64,000 bases of DNA, from contig CM061250.1 of the NCBI GenBank assembly GCA_022605425.2, positions 372,001 through 436,000 on the forward strand, given 5' to 3'. The notes under the pieces are model-generated. The model was not told where the DNA came from, made no database searches, and saw only the letters and a program-made list of their open reading frames with translations. Numbering within the stretch: the stretch's first letter is position 1; every line of letters starts with the position of its first letter. Source of the stretch: Hamiltosporidium tvaerminnensis FI-OER-3-3 (lineage: Eukaryota; Fungi; Microsporidia). Of this stretch, positions 27,568 through 40,434 are shown piece after piece. A program made the position numbers and the translations under genes.

Positions 27568-30555
27568 AGCATTGGGCTTGCGATTCTATCTGCAAAATCA
27601 TATTGTTACGAAACCAAAATGAAACAACGAAATAAATAAAACAATTTTTGACAAAAATATAAGCTTTATTAGAACCTGGAATTGACTCAGTCTTTTCAGA
27701 GCAGGAGCACTGTCTAATCTTAAGCAAAAATTTAAAATGTAGTATATATATTGTTTTCATAAGAAAATACGATGGAAAAGAACAGACGCTTTAAAAATAA
27801 AAAATTTACTGTTTTTAAATGTGGAAATACAAATTATATGTTTATATCTGCCTTTGAGGTAAAAAAACAATATTTTGAAGACGATTTTATACTATTGGCT
27901 TATACACGAACGACTATGTTAAATTAGGATATAAGATCGATTCTTTAACCCTAACCTTGATATGTGTACATGTTCCAAAATAAGATACAAAAGAAAATGA
28001 TAAAGACAGTTTCATTGATATGTTAGAAGAAATATAAAAATCTCTTCGCTTGACATAAAAAAATTATAATAAACCTTAAGGCCAGAAAAGGTGGAGAAGC
28101 ATATAAATGACCCAAATAGGATGAGATAGCATTCATTTAGAATCTGATATTAATGGTTTAAAATTAAAGATTTCGCAGTAAGCAAAAATATGACTGTTTC
28201 ACGGGCTTTTCAGCGCATAAGAGAATACACAAATGAACTTTGAGATCACTTGATGAAGAGACGTATTTTAAATTGACTATGTACTTATTGATTTGGGACG
28301 CGGATTAAATGTTTTTTATGTCCTTATTTTTAGAGGAGCCGACATAGATAGTTATCATTTCCTTGTGAGAATAAAATACAAACTGCGAAACTAAAACTCA
28401 AAACAATCAAGGACTCATAAATCTTATAGGAACGATTGCTGTAAATTAAAAGACATCTATATCAGGAAAAAATTTGCTAATAAAATGAATAAACTTTCAA
28501 GCCAAAAAACATTGAATTACCAGATGGGGTTGATAAACATTGTATTCACATCAAAGAATCAATTAAACTAGGGTCTGATGTCTTATCGGGATATAAGAAA
28601 TACAAAAAGCAAGACATCTGCTAGGCTCAAGAATGCGTGGATGTAATCGGGGCTCGAAATTTGGCTAGATCAAAAGCACTACAAGAAAAAACTGGAAACA
28701 CTCCGCAAGTACTCAGCGGGCAAGAACTAAAGCATTCCATATTCTAAGAAAGCAAAAAAACAAGAAAAGAACATAAAATTCGAAAATAGAAAAAATGACC
28801 GAAAGCAAAGAGTTCCGTAAAATGTATGAAAATAGTGGGAATGCGAGAAGAGTTTTTCAAGCCCAAAATACGGTCGTAGAAAGTACCGACTGATTTTAGC
28901 TTACGGATCCTAAAAAGTTTCTAACACGTTGGGCCAAATATTTTGAAAAGAATTTTAATCACAAAATGAAATGTGAACCAGCGATATAATACGAGAGATA
29001 TTTATTGAAGAAAATCGTAATCTTATTGAAGATCAGAGAACAACGGTTCCAGAGACAACGGATGCTATAATGAGTTTAAAGAACAAATCGGCGGCTGAGG
29101 AAGACAAGCTTATAGCTTAGATTTAAAAAATGAGGAGATTCCTTAATAAACAACTTTCAAAACTTAATCAAAGAAATACAGATCCAGAGAAAAATACCTA
29201 GTAAATGAAATTTGATTCTGATACTTCCTATTCATAAAAAAAGATTAAAAACACTATGCTCTAAGTATAGGGATTTATATTTTGAGATTGAATCCCAAAT
29301 TCTTACAAAAATAATTTAAAAAAGATTATATCCATAAGCAGAAAGCGTCTTGGAGATTTTCATTGTGGGTTTACAAGAAACCGATCTACAACCGAAAAAT
29401 CTTTGCAGAAGAATTATGCTTGAAAATACTATGAAACAAAAAATCACAACACATAATCTTTGTTAGACTAGAAGCAAACATATGACAGTATTGATCCAAG
29501 GTTTTTGTATAGACACTTAGAAAGTTTAAAATGACTATGAAAATTATTCGTTTAATCAAAATAACACTGATGCAAACAAATGGAAAGGTATTATTAACAG
29601 GTAATCTACCTAGTTACTTTAACATTAATATGAGACTAAAAAAGGGTGATAACTAATCTTCGTACTGTCATTCTACCACTAGAGGAAACAGTTTGATAAT
29701 TGGCAAAGAACACTGATTGTAGAATATTTAATGGAATCACACAATATATAGCATATAAAGATGATCTTGCCATTGTTGGAAGAAAACAAAAATATATACA
29801 ATGCACTTTAAGAATAATAGCGTCATAATCAGGATATGTTTGACTTAGAATACACTAAAGGAAAATAAAATATATGCTCATGTCTTTATTCCCGAATACT
29901 CAAAGATCTCTTTCAAAATTAAAAAAATATATTTGATCGAGTATCAAGCTTAAAATAGCTGAGATTTCTTCTGAACGAGAATAACATAAATTCTCTTGTG
30001 ATTAAAGAAAGAATACAAGCAGGCAACAAGACGTAGTTTGCTCTGCCACACTTACTGATGTCAAATATGAAAATGGAAATACGAAAAGGCAAATATATAG
30101 GACGGGGATTAAGCCTGTCGTATTGTAAGCCTCCAAAACATCGGTGATGACAAAAAAAGACGAGGCTCTGCTAGACATATGCGAAAGAAAGATACTGAGA
30201 GAATATAGACCCAATGCTTGAAAATAAGAGGTGGGAATTGGAACAAATCATAAAATATACAGCTTGATGAGATAACAAATTTGATTATCATTATGAAACA
30301 GAGAAGACTTAGATGGCTAGGGGATGATGAAAGAATGTCGATAAAAAAAGCTGTTAGCAAATTCTTAGATCTGCACATGAAGGTAAGAGAAGACAAGGTA
30401 GGAGAGTAAGATTTGCTTAGAATAGGCGAAAAAGGATCCAAGAAACTCAATATTTTGAAAGAAAAACTTGATGCACAATAAAAAAGCATGCTGAAGAATC
30501 AGAAAGAAAACCTGAGCTCCCCATAGACGGTTTTGCCGCTGTGTTCGTTTAGTAT
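27504..30555 (+). mobile_element. full-length decayed RTE-clade LINE (APE endonuclease + reverse transcriptase)
   Basis: Broken APE motifs ICVHVP (~27960), IDYVLID (~28272) and RGADIDSYHFLV (~28331). Broken RT motifs ILPIHKK (~29221), CGFTRNRSTT (~29364), KQTYDSI (~29470), LKKGD (~29636) and IAYKDDLA (YADD, ~29748). Length ~3.05 kb. Candidate TSD AGTAATAACTGT (27492-27503) / AGTAATGAATGT (30556-30567). Confidence 0.88.
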
Positions 30556-32005
30556 AGTAATGAATGTATTTATTCAATTGCGTTTCTTTCAATTTAAAGT
30601 TTTTCTTTTTGAGTCTATTATTCCCACTATACATACTTTTTTCTGTGCATTCTGCGATTTAAATTTAATTTACTAGTTAAGTTGGAATCTGAGAATAAAC
30701 AAAACTACCCTTGTGATTCATTAAGGCTATAAAAAAGAGTTTTTCTGTATGATAAAGCGTCTCTCATGTCCTAAGAACCTTAAAAAAGGGCAGGATTGTC
30801 TTGCGAAATAAAATCAAAAAGAATTGTTTTTAAGTTTTTCAAATGCTCTCAATGGTTTTATTGACCGGTTTAAAATATCCTTCGCTGAGTCTAAATAAGA
30901 CTTCTGGTAATTGGCAAGTCTATTATTCAATTTACCATACTCGAAATCCTCGAATTTTCCTGCTTTTATATTAGGAAAAAGACCCAATCTTTTATAGACT
31001 GCAATTTTTTATTCATACATAGGTTTTTGATTAATTGGACAATTATATAGTAAATATCGCGAGATTTATAATTAACTATGTGAGATAAATACTATAATAA
31101 AAGCTGTGTATAACGTCTGGTATTTCTTTTTTTTTCTTGAATTGTCTATAGATTAGGCATCATCCTGAAAAGGGCGCTAAATAACATCTTTTCATAACCT
31201 AATAGGTCTAATGCTCTATAAATGTATATTTGGAAGTTTTAAATTGATTTTTTGTATTTTAAGATAGAAAAGATTTCATAATAAATAATGTATTTCTCGA
31301 TTCGTTTAATGCAGTTGAATTTAGAACTGATGAACTTAGGTAAATGAAAGGTATAGCATAAGAGTAAAAGGCTAAAAAAAATAGAAACAAAATGCTGGAA
31401 CTAAATAATTTAAAAAATAAAAAGATTTTAGCTAAATTGCAAATAGTTTATGTGATTTTGCGATTTTTACTCAACTTTATTGTGTAAAACAAGACATAAA
31501 AAATAATAAGAAAATAATGAATTTTATTGGGCAGAATGTATGGAAAAAAAAACGGAAACATAAAGACAATTAATGACAGTTTTAGTGCCAAAAATCCATT
31601 TTTCAATGTTTTGACTTCGTTTAAAGAAAATGGCTTTTTAAACAGCTTTTTAAAAAAAGTACGCGAATATAATACGAAATTAATTTTGGTTCCTGAGTCC
31701 ACTATAATAAAATATATTGTAATATATATCATTAGTCTTCATATTTGGGAAATAAGATTTACAAGATTTTTAGTATAAAACTGCCAATTATACGAGACTT
31801 TAAATTTATAATTAAAACTTTAAAAACCAAATATTTTATTCATCACTTAAATCCATGAACTCAATTTCTTTAACTTGTTTAAAAAAGTTTGCAATGTTCC
31901 TTACATTTTCAAAACATAACTTAAACAAATCAAAAAACATAGAATTCATAAAAATTATTTCTTTTACTTTGCCTTTTAAAATGCCGATTCTTACAACTGA
32001 AATAC

Positions 32006-32732
32006 TTTATTTAAAAGTATCACATCTTTTTTAAACCAGTGGCAAGCGTTATATTTATTTTCATGACATTAACGCAGTTCTAGGTTTAACATAAATAACT
32101 GCTACCCAAAAACTCCATCAGTAACCCCTGCGATACCTACGTCCCAAATCATTTCATCAATTAGGTGTGTAGAACCTAATTCATAGGCGAGGCAGTTGCC
32201 CGAAGTTCGTTAATGTCCGTTGCATGGAGTTTGATCGAATGTCGAAGCCCCCTGGGCTCCCCCAAGACTATGCAGCATTCCCACTTACTCTACACTTTCT
32301 GAACCCAATAAACTTCTAGCTAAGATATATTTCAGAGATTAACATGGGGTCCACCTAGACAGTGCAATGTCATACCAACAGGTATAACCTGCTACTTAGC
32401 TTTCCTGGCTTTATATGGTTTATTGTTTTGTATCTCCCGGGCGCTAAGTCTTCTAACCCGAGTGAGCAAGGCTAGGTGTCCATGCTTTTACATGGCAATT
32501 ACCTACATGTTCAGCTGCGGTCTGCACTCCGGTTACATAGAAAACTACAAATAAATCTGTAGAAAAAGTTTCGCCATTTCGTAGACTTCTCCTCTTCATA
32601 ACAACTCCCATGGAACAACCGAAGATGTAGTGTGGTTTTATTCCCACCAAAAATCCAAACAATGATCTCTCACCAGATTCACACACTCATTGCCAAGCAG
32701 AAAGTTTTTTATGTGGTTATCCTCCCTCCACC
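32006..32732 (-). mobile_element. ~725-nt SINE-like structured repeat, copy C
   Basis: Full length. TSD TCTTACAACTGAAA at 31989-32002 and 32733-32746. Confidence 0.92.
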
Positions 32733-33559
32733 TCTTACAACTGAAAATATTTATTTTTCCATAAATTCGAAGAGCCTAGAATCTAATCTAAAATAACAAA
32801 AAAATCTCTATATCTTGAAATACACTGTAAAATGTTATCAAGATTCTCGGTTATTCACTTTTAAGGGTTCGAGTTCTTCAATATTTTTCCTGAGCTTAGA
32901 TTCTTTGTTTAAAATGTCTGTAAATCTAAAACCTTTCAAGAAAACGTACTGGTCTGTTCCATTTTATAAACCCTATAGAAAAATAATTATTAAGTATTCA
33001 AATTCTAAGATAATTCTTACGTTTATTTTACTACTAATATTCAACCTTTAGCATATTTTTCTTAGTTTCAGTTTCGCTTAGATATTTTTTTGGAAATATC
33101 TATTAGTAAATTCATTGAAAATTCTTTTTATGTTTTTTTATTTTTTTAAAAATTTAAAATGAAAGATCTTTGATTTCAAACCGAAATTTAAATTCTCTAA
33201 AAAATTATTTTCTGAATCCAGAAAACTCAAAGTAATAAATTAATTTATACACCCAAAGAATTTGAATTTAAATCATTACATTTAATTGATTTTCCTGATA
33301 ATCTTTATTGTTTTTGGAATAAATCTCTGTAATCTCCTTGAAATAACTTTTTATTCCAAATAGTTTTTCAACTATTTTTTCCAACTTTTTCGAATTTGGT
33401 AGTCTTTGAAATGGCACAAAATTACCAGTTATTTTATTTATTTCTTAGAAATCGACATCATTCATAAGCTCAAATACAGAAAAAATAAATTTTGGGTAAA
33501 TTTTTTATTTTCTATAATTTTTTTAATTTTGTACAATTTTTTTTTGATTTTTATCCTTT

Positions 33560-34870
33560 CATTTATGATGCGGTGTGTGCAGTGTTAGTAAAGAACAAAA
33601 TACATCTACGCCCAGTATGCAAAGAACGCCTATACCTTCCACGTAAAGAACTGGAAGAGTTTTACATAGTGTTGAGTTCAAAAGCGAACATATGTTGCAA
33701 CTTTTGGATTGTCTGGAAAAACATAAAGATACATCGACTAGAAGAGCAGCAATTCTAAAAGTTGAGAATAATAATAAAACCCACCTTTCACCAATTAAAA
33801 ACTTTTTAAAAATAAAATATGGATTGGAAGAGGAAGTCACAAAAAAGAAATTGGAAGAAGCTCAACTAGCTAACTTATATAACGAAATCAAAAACCGAAA
33901 ACTACATTCAAAGCTATATAACGCTAGAAATAACGAACTGGTAAGTGTAAATGACTCCTCAAGATGTTTAAAGAAAGGAAGTGTAAAACTACGTAAATAA
34001 GCAGTGTTCTGTTACATCCAGGCTTAAAATGTATTCTGGAGTACAGAAGGTATGTGTCAACACTGCAACCAGTCTAGAAAAACAGTAGATCACTTGGCAA
34101 CGAGATGTGAAAAAATGCTTGGTCAAGACTAAACTAGACGACATAATGAAGTGGTACGATGTATACATTTAATCTTGCTTAATAAATATAAGTTTTGGTC
34201 TCTGAAACGAATTAGAAGCCACTCAGTTCAAGAAATTCTTGATAACGAATATGCAGAGGTAAGAGTGGTCACTAGAATAAAAACTGATGTCAAGATTCGG
34301 TGTAACAGACAAGATATTTATATTTTGGACAAGAAGCATAATAGAATAACCCTCATTGAAGTAGGAATCACATCCCAAGACTATCTCTAAATAGTTGAAA
34401 CAGAGAAGCTTAGGAAGTATGACCTACTAGCAAATGAGTTAGGTTTTGTTTATAAATGCAGTGTAGAGATAATTCCTTATGTGATGACTTGGGACGGTAT
34501 TGTTACAAAATACTATAAGACGTATGTTAGGAGACTGCAAATACCCATGAATGTAGAGGCATATATACAATTCATAGTACTCAAGAAGACAGTCGAAACG
34601 ATTTCTTTTGATCGACTAAGAGGACTTGAGTCTGGACCAAATGCCGAAGAGAGCATCATTAAGTGTTATTTTACGAGCTGAGATGCATAAACAACCAATA
34701 CCGCCTTTAAAGCAAGTAGAAAACGAGGAAGATGATGTTAAAACGGAAAATACAAAAAATATTTTACCCCTTATTTTGGATGGCATAACCACAGCAAGGA
34801 ACCAACAACTAATACAAATGAAGAGTTGGAGTTTAAGAAAGAGATAAAAGTGGTTAAAATGGTGGAAATA
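33560..34870 (+). mobile_element. 5'-truncated, decayed RLE-type (R2/R4/NeSL group) non-LTR retrotransposon
   Basis: Post-RT ERLYLPRKEL, CCHC knuckle CQHC...VDHLATRC, RRHNEVV and restriction-like endonuclease RQDI...LIEVGIT...EKLRKYDLLA, spread over broken frames. Boundaries approximate. Confidence 0.85.
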
Positions 34871-35768
34871 ATTATGTAAAAAAAGAAAAATTTTTAAATC
34901 TGTAATTTCATAAATAAATCTTTTAATTTATAATGTATTTTGATGTTTCATTCCATTTTTTATACATTTGAATTTTTCAAGGCGATATTTTGTTGGAAAT
35001 AATTTAAAGGACCAATCAGATATTATATATTCCTCAGTTTAATAATTTCTATATATTTGGAATTTAAAAACTAGAAATAAAATTTACTTTTTCAAAAAGA
35101 TTTTGAGACTCATCAAAGTATATTTCAAATAAATAGTATTCTCAATAAATTATTTTTTTAAAAATTATTATTGCAAGGAAATTCAATTCACTTTTCAAAT
35201 ACGTTTCAGGTTTTTTGTAAATGAAATAATTTCAAAAATTTGTCAAAAAAATGATTTTTCGAAAAAATTTCAAATTTAATTTATCATAATATCTGTAAAA
35301 CATTTCATTATATTTTTTTCTTAATTTAGAAATTAAACATCTGAAATAATATCAAAGGTAGAGATATAATAGAGATTTAGATGATTTTTATCTTGTGTAT
35401 CTAAAAAAAAATTAACGTTTGTTTAAACTTGTGGATATATTTAATAAAATACAGAAAATATCAGTTTTTAAATTATTGTGTATACACTTGAATATTGTTT
35501 GATTTTAACTTATTTATAGCAATATACTTGATTTTAGTCCTTAGAATCATTAATTTGAAATAAATAGGATTCAATTGAAATTTTTATTTGTTTAATTATT
35601 TTTTTTATCAGAAATTCGACAACCCTTTGCATTTTAATAAATAATTAAATAAATAAAAGAATTTAATTTGAGGATACTCATACTAACGAGAAGAAATTCT
35701 TGTTGCGGTTATTATGATTAAAGGGTCTGTTTTTAGAGTATTTTCGAACTATTTTCTGATATATAGGG

Positions 35769-35953
35769 TTTTTCGATCAATATAATAATCCTTGCAATCA
35801 ATATAATAATTTTTCGATCAATATAATAATCCTTGCAATCAATATAATAATTTTTCGATCAATATAATAATCCTTGCAATCAATATAATAATTTTTCGAT
35901 CAATATAATAATCCTTGCAATCAATATAATAATCCTTGCAATCAATATAATAA
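35769..35953 (+). repeat. left TIR tandem array (AB)4B of 20/21-bp units
   Basis: A=TTTTTCGATCAATATAATAA and B=TCCTTGCAATCAATATAATAA; nine units. Confidence 0.95.
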
Positions 35954-36052
35954 TTATTTTAAAAAAATAGAAATTTATAAAAAAATTAAAAAAATAGAAA
36001 TTTATAAAATAAAAATTTAAAAAATAATTCATTCATTATAAAATTAACTCCC

Positions 36053-37222
36053 ATGTCAAATTCTTTTTCAGGTAAAAATACCAACGAGAACAAATATGAT
36101 TTTCATGTAGGTGAAACACCGGAATATATAGAGTGCGAAAATGACAATGTTTTGAAGTGTCTTGTAGAAACATCTGGATCGCATGATGAAAATCTCTCAC
36201 TATCCACCATTCCAACTCTGAGGAAACAAAAAGGTTCTATTAATGATCGGGAACGCATAATTGAAAAGACATTAGAAGGCTATTCTATGTCCGCAATTGC
36301 CTCGATGTATCGAATAAATTACCAGACGGTTAATAGTATCGTTAGACGATATTTAAAAACTGGCTTGGTATTTGTCGATAAAAGAGGTGGTGATAGGCGC
36401 TCAAAGTTAAGCTTGGAAATAAAAGAGAGCTTACAAACCTATGTTGATTTGGAGTGTACAAAAACCCAGTATGGGTTGGCAGAATGGGTCAGGTGTACAT
36501 TTAATGTTGGTGTTGCAAGTAGTACAATTGATCGCGCATTAAGAGACTTCCCTTACACTCTAAAGCGTGTAACATTAGTGCCTGAGCGTAGAAATACACT
36601 TTCGACAATTGAGCTAAGAACCAATTACGCAACTAGTTTTCGTGAGTTGGAGGTTGATAACGATGACAAAAACTTTGTCTTTTTAGATGAAGTTGGGTTT
36701 GCAGTAGTCACACGCCCCAGTAGAGGTCGTAACATGAGAGGTGAATCTGCATACCTATCTGTAACAGCCGCTCGAAGTAGAAATATTTCAGTAGTCGCAG
36801 CAATGAACAAATATGGTATGATATACTATAAGATTCATGAGAGGGCCGTAAATGGTGAGGATTTCAAATTATTTATTAAGGAGATTAATGAAAGTTGTCA
36901 AAGGCAAGGAATTTTGACTCCAATATTTGTAATGGACAATGCGAGAATTCATCACTATCGTGGATTGAATGATGATGAGGAAATTGCTTCGTATCGAATA
37001 AAATATCTTCCACCTTACTCTCCATTTCTTAATCCAATTGAGAATGTATTCTCAGTCTGGAAAAATAAAGTAATTCGAGGTGGTGCTCGTACTGAGCCTC
37101 AGTTGAGAATATTAATTTATGAAAAATTTAATGAAATCACGGGAGAACATTGTAGTTCTTTTTACCGTAAAATGTTAGGATATTTGCAAAAGGCTGAGGT
37201 AGGGCAAATGATTCTTGAGTAA
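36053..37222 (+). CDS. IS630/Tc1-family transposase (HTH + DD34E), 389 aa, intact
   Basis: FLDE, MDNARIH and LPPYSPFLNPIE, with 34 residues between the second D and the E. HTH-like SMSAIASMYRINYQTVNSIVRRY. CCC immediately before the ATG. Confidence 0.95.
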   Translation: MSNSFSGKNTNENKYDFHVGETPEYIECENDNVLKCLVETSGSHDENLSLSTIPTLRKQKGSINDRERIIEKTLEGYSMSAIASMYRINYQTVNSIVRRYLKTGLVFVDKRGGDRRSKLSLEIKESLQTYVDLECTKTQYGLAEWVRCTFNVGVASSTIDRALRDFPYTLKRVTLVPERRNTLSTIELRTNYATSFRELEVDNDDKNFVFLDEVGFAVVTRPSRGRNMRGESAYLSVTAARSRNISVVAAMNKYGMIYYKIHERAVNGEDFKLFIKEINESCQRQGILTPIFVMDNARIHHYRGLNDDEEIASYRIKYLPPYSPFLNPIENVFSVWKNKVIRGGARTEPQLRILIYEKFNEITGEHCSSFYRKMLGYLQKAEVGQMILE

Positions 37223-37300
37223 TAATAAATCTCAAGTACTATTTATAATTTTATTTTTTAAATTTTTATTTTATAAATTTCTATTTTTTTAATTTTTTTA

Positions 37301-38028
37301 TTTATTTGGAAATATCACATCTTTTTACAATAGTGGCAAGTGTTATATTTGTTTTCATGACATTAACGCAGTTCTAGGTTTAACATAAATAACTGCTACC
37401 CCAACACTCCATCGGTAACCCCTGCGATACCTACGTCCCAAAGCCTTTCATCTACCAGGTGTGTAGAACCTAATTAATAGGCGAGGCAGTTGCCCGGAGT
37501 TCGTTAATGTCCGTTGCATGGAGTGTGATCGAAGGCCGAAGCCCCCCCTGGGCTCCCCCAAGACTATGCAGCATTCCCACTTACTCTACACTTTCTGAAC
37601 CCAATAAACTTCTATCTAAGATATATTTCAGAGATTTACATGGGGTCCACCTAGACAGTGCAATGTCATACCAACAGGTATAACCTGCTACTTAGCTCTC
37701 CCGGCTTTTAATCGGTTTTATTTTTGTATTTCCCAGGCGCTAAGTCTTCTAACCCGAGTGAGAAAGGTTAGGTTTCCATGCTTTTACATGGCAATTACCT
37801 ACATGTTCAGCTGCGGTCTGCAATCTGGTTACATAAAAAACTACAAATAAATTCGTAGAAAAAGTTTCTCCACTTCTTAGACCTCTCCTCCTCATAACAA
37901 CTCCCATGGAACAACCAAAGATGTAGTGTGGTTTTATTCCCGCCAAAAATCCAAACAATGATCTCACACCAGTTTCACACACTCATTGCCAAGCAGAAAG
38001 TTTTTTATGTGGTTATCCTCCCTCCACC
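37301..38028 (-). mobile_element. ~725-nt SINE-like structured repeat, copy D (inserted in Tc1 right TIR)
   Basis: The empty site can be reconstructed from the left TIR. TSD ATTTTTTTA at 37292-37300 and 38030-38038. Confidence 0.92.
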
Positions 38029-38062
38029 TATTTTTTTATAAATTTCTATTTTTTTAAAATAA

Positions 38063-38206
38063 TTATTATATTGATTGCAAGGATTATTATATTGATTGCA
38101 AGGATTATTATATTGATCGAAAAATTATTATATTGATTGCAAGGATTATTATATTGATCGAAAAATTATTATATTGATTGCAAGGATTATTATATTGATC
38201 GAAAAA
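38063..38206 (-). repeat. right TIR tandem array (AB)3B
   Basis: Reverse complement of the left array; seven units. Confidence 0.95.
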
Positions 38207-38716
38207 CCCTATAATTGATTTTCTTGAAAATATAAATATATTCATGAAATATCGATAAGGAATTAAAATTTTATGGCTGTATGAAAGTATTTTCAGTTTG
38301 TGATTCTTTATTGCTACAATACTATATTTTTCTTTGAATATTAAGATTTACTCATGAATGCATTCATTAGATTGCATTTCTTATTCTAATGATATTTTTT
38401 TTGACAAATTTGGTTTGTTCCATAGAAAAAAAAGGCGTTTATTTCAAAATATATGTTCAAAAATTTTAATATTTTTTGATTTCTCTTGTTCGTGTTTTTT
38501 AAATATCTACTTTTATTTTCTATCTAAATATATGCCTTTTTTGACGCTACTTAAGGAAGATAGAAAATCAAAGTTTAAATTTTATATTTTTACTGTCGTG
38601 ATTTAAACTTATGATTGTATGTTTTGTTCATATTACTTTTTTTTAACTAATCAATCAACCCTAATGATTCTTATAAAACGATAATAAAAGTATTTTTAAA
38701 AAGACAATAAATTATA

Positions 38717-40434
38717 CACCCTCTGTCCGGAAATAGGGTATACATTTCAAAAAAAACCGTAGATTATCGTGAATATAAAAAATAAATAGGCAACTGTTAT
38801 GACATTTTCATAGTTCATATTCATGACAATATAACCTAAAATATTTGACTTAAGTAATATCATTCTTAGTTAAAAACTTACCGCTCAAACATCAGTGTTT
38901 CTTGAGGTAAATAAAATTAGTACCGCTTCAAGAGAATATCCAAAATGTGGCAGGAAATTTGTTAAATTTAGAAATAAGAGAGTAAAAATATAAAAAGTTA
39001 ACTAAAGAACAACGTCAAGGTATTGTAGAAAAATTATTACAGCAGATGAAGGAGAATAAGGCAAAACACGGTTCCATCAACGAATTTTCTTCTGCCTTTT
39101 AAGTTTCTCAGCTAGCCTTTAGCAGAATTTGGCATGCAGCACAAACTCAATACAGAAAGAGTAAGATATGTGCCGATGTTTCTTAAAAAATTGAAAAAAA
39201 GAGGCAGAAGAAAACCTAAAGAATATTCTAACAATTTGGCCAAATAAAGATACACCCTTAAATCGTTGAGGAACGCTTCACAGTCTTTCCTTTGCAATTA
39301 ATATTCCAAAATCAACTTTTTTTGATATATTCAAGTCGGGAAAGTATATCAAGAGAATATCTTTTACAGTAAAATCAACTTTAAAGATAAAAATAAAATG
39401 AATAGATTGAAATTTTGCTTGTCTAAAGTAAATCTGGCAAATAATGGAGATTTGCTTTTTGATGATTTTTACGACTACGTTCACATTGAAGAAAAGTGGT
39501 TTTATCTAACCAAAGTTAAGCGCTCTTATTACTTGATGTTAAACGAAGAAAAACCTGAAAGAAACTGCAAAAGTAAGCGATTTACTACGAAAATAATAAT
39601 CATGGCTGCAGTAGCTCGACCATGCTATGATGCACATCGAAAGCATTATTTTGATGGGAAAATTTGAATATGGCCATTTGTTTATCAAGAACCCGCTTAA
39701 AGAAATTTTAAGAACAGGGCTAAAGGGACGATGATAACAAAAAATGTAGAATCTGTTACAGCAGTACATTGCAAAAACATGATCATTGATAATGTCATTC
39801 CCGCAATTATATTTTAATTTCCACCGGCATACAAAAAGAAAACAATTTACGTACAACAAGACAATGCAAGACCTCATTTATCAGATAATGATGTAGATAT
39901 TGTCGCTTTCGGTTCTGCTGATAACTGGAATATAAAATTTAAGGCGCAACCGGCAAATAGCCCCGATTTAAATGTTCTTGATTTAGGATTTTTCAACTCC
40001 ATACAATCGCTGCAACATGAAGCTTCGCCACACACAATTGACGAATTAATAAATTGTGTTCAAGATGCATTTTATCAATTAAAAGCGAATACTCTCGATA
40101 ACGTTTTTACAACATTGGAAGCATGTATGGAGTCGATTATGTTAGCAGATGGAGGAAATGGCTATAAAATACCTCATTTAAGTAAAGGAAAACTTTGTCG
40201 CGAAGATCGACTGCTAGAATCATTTATCTTCCAAGAAGCATACAATAAAGCTAAATTCAAATTTCGAGTAAACTTATTAATTTTAATATTTATTTTATTA
40301 AATTTTATTTAATATTTACATTAATATTTATAAAAATGTTCGAAAGTAAAGGTAATATAATTCACTTGTCATGCCCATTTTTTGATTTATTTTATTTTTT
40401 CGCAAATGTATACCAAATTTCCTCACAGAGGGTG
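38717..40434 (+). mobile_element. DD39D mariner DNA transposon, decayed copy 2
   Basis: TA|CACCCTCTGTCCGGAAATAGGGTATAC...GTATACCAAATTTCCTCACAGAGGGTG|TA. QQDNARPH...QPANSPDLNVLD has 39 residues between the catalytic Ds. In-frame stops and frameshifts present. Confidence 0.92.

Larger units (their letters stand above)
35764..38211 (+). mobile_element. Tc1/IS630-like DD34E DNA transposon with long, repeat-built TIRs
   Basis: TA|TAGGGTTTTTCGATC...GATCGAAAAACCCTA|TA, ~260-bp inverted termini and an intact transposase ORF. The right TIR is interrupted by repeat copy D. Confidence 0.95.

Noticed and set aside
3476-31778. Scattered 60-100 aa F/I/L/K-rich ORFs
   Set aside because: Expected by chance in AT-rich DNA; many have non-ATG starts and none has a motif.
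35769-35953. CRISPR-like repeat array
   Set aside because: No unique spacers and no cas genes. The array is mirrored at 38063-38206 as a transposon TIR.
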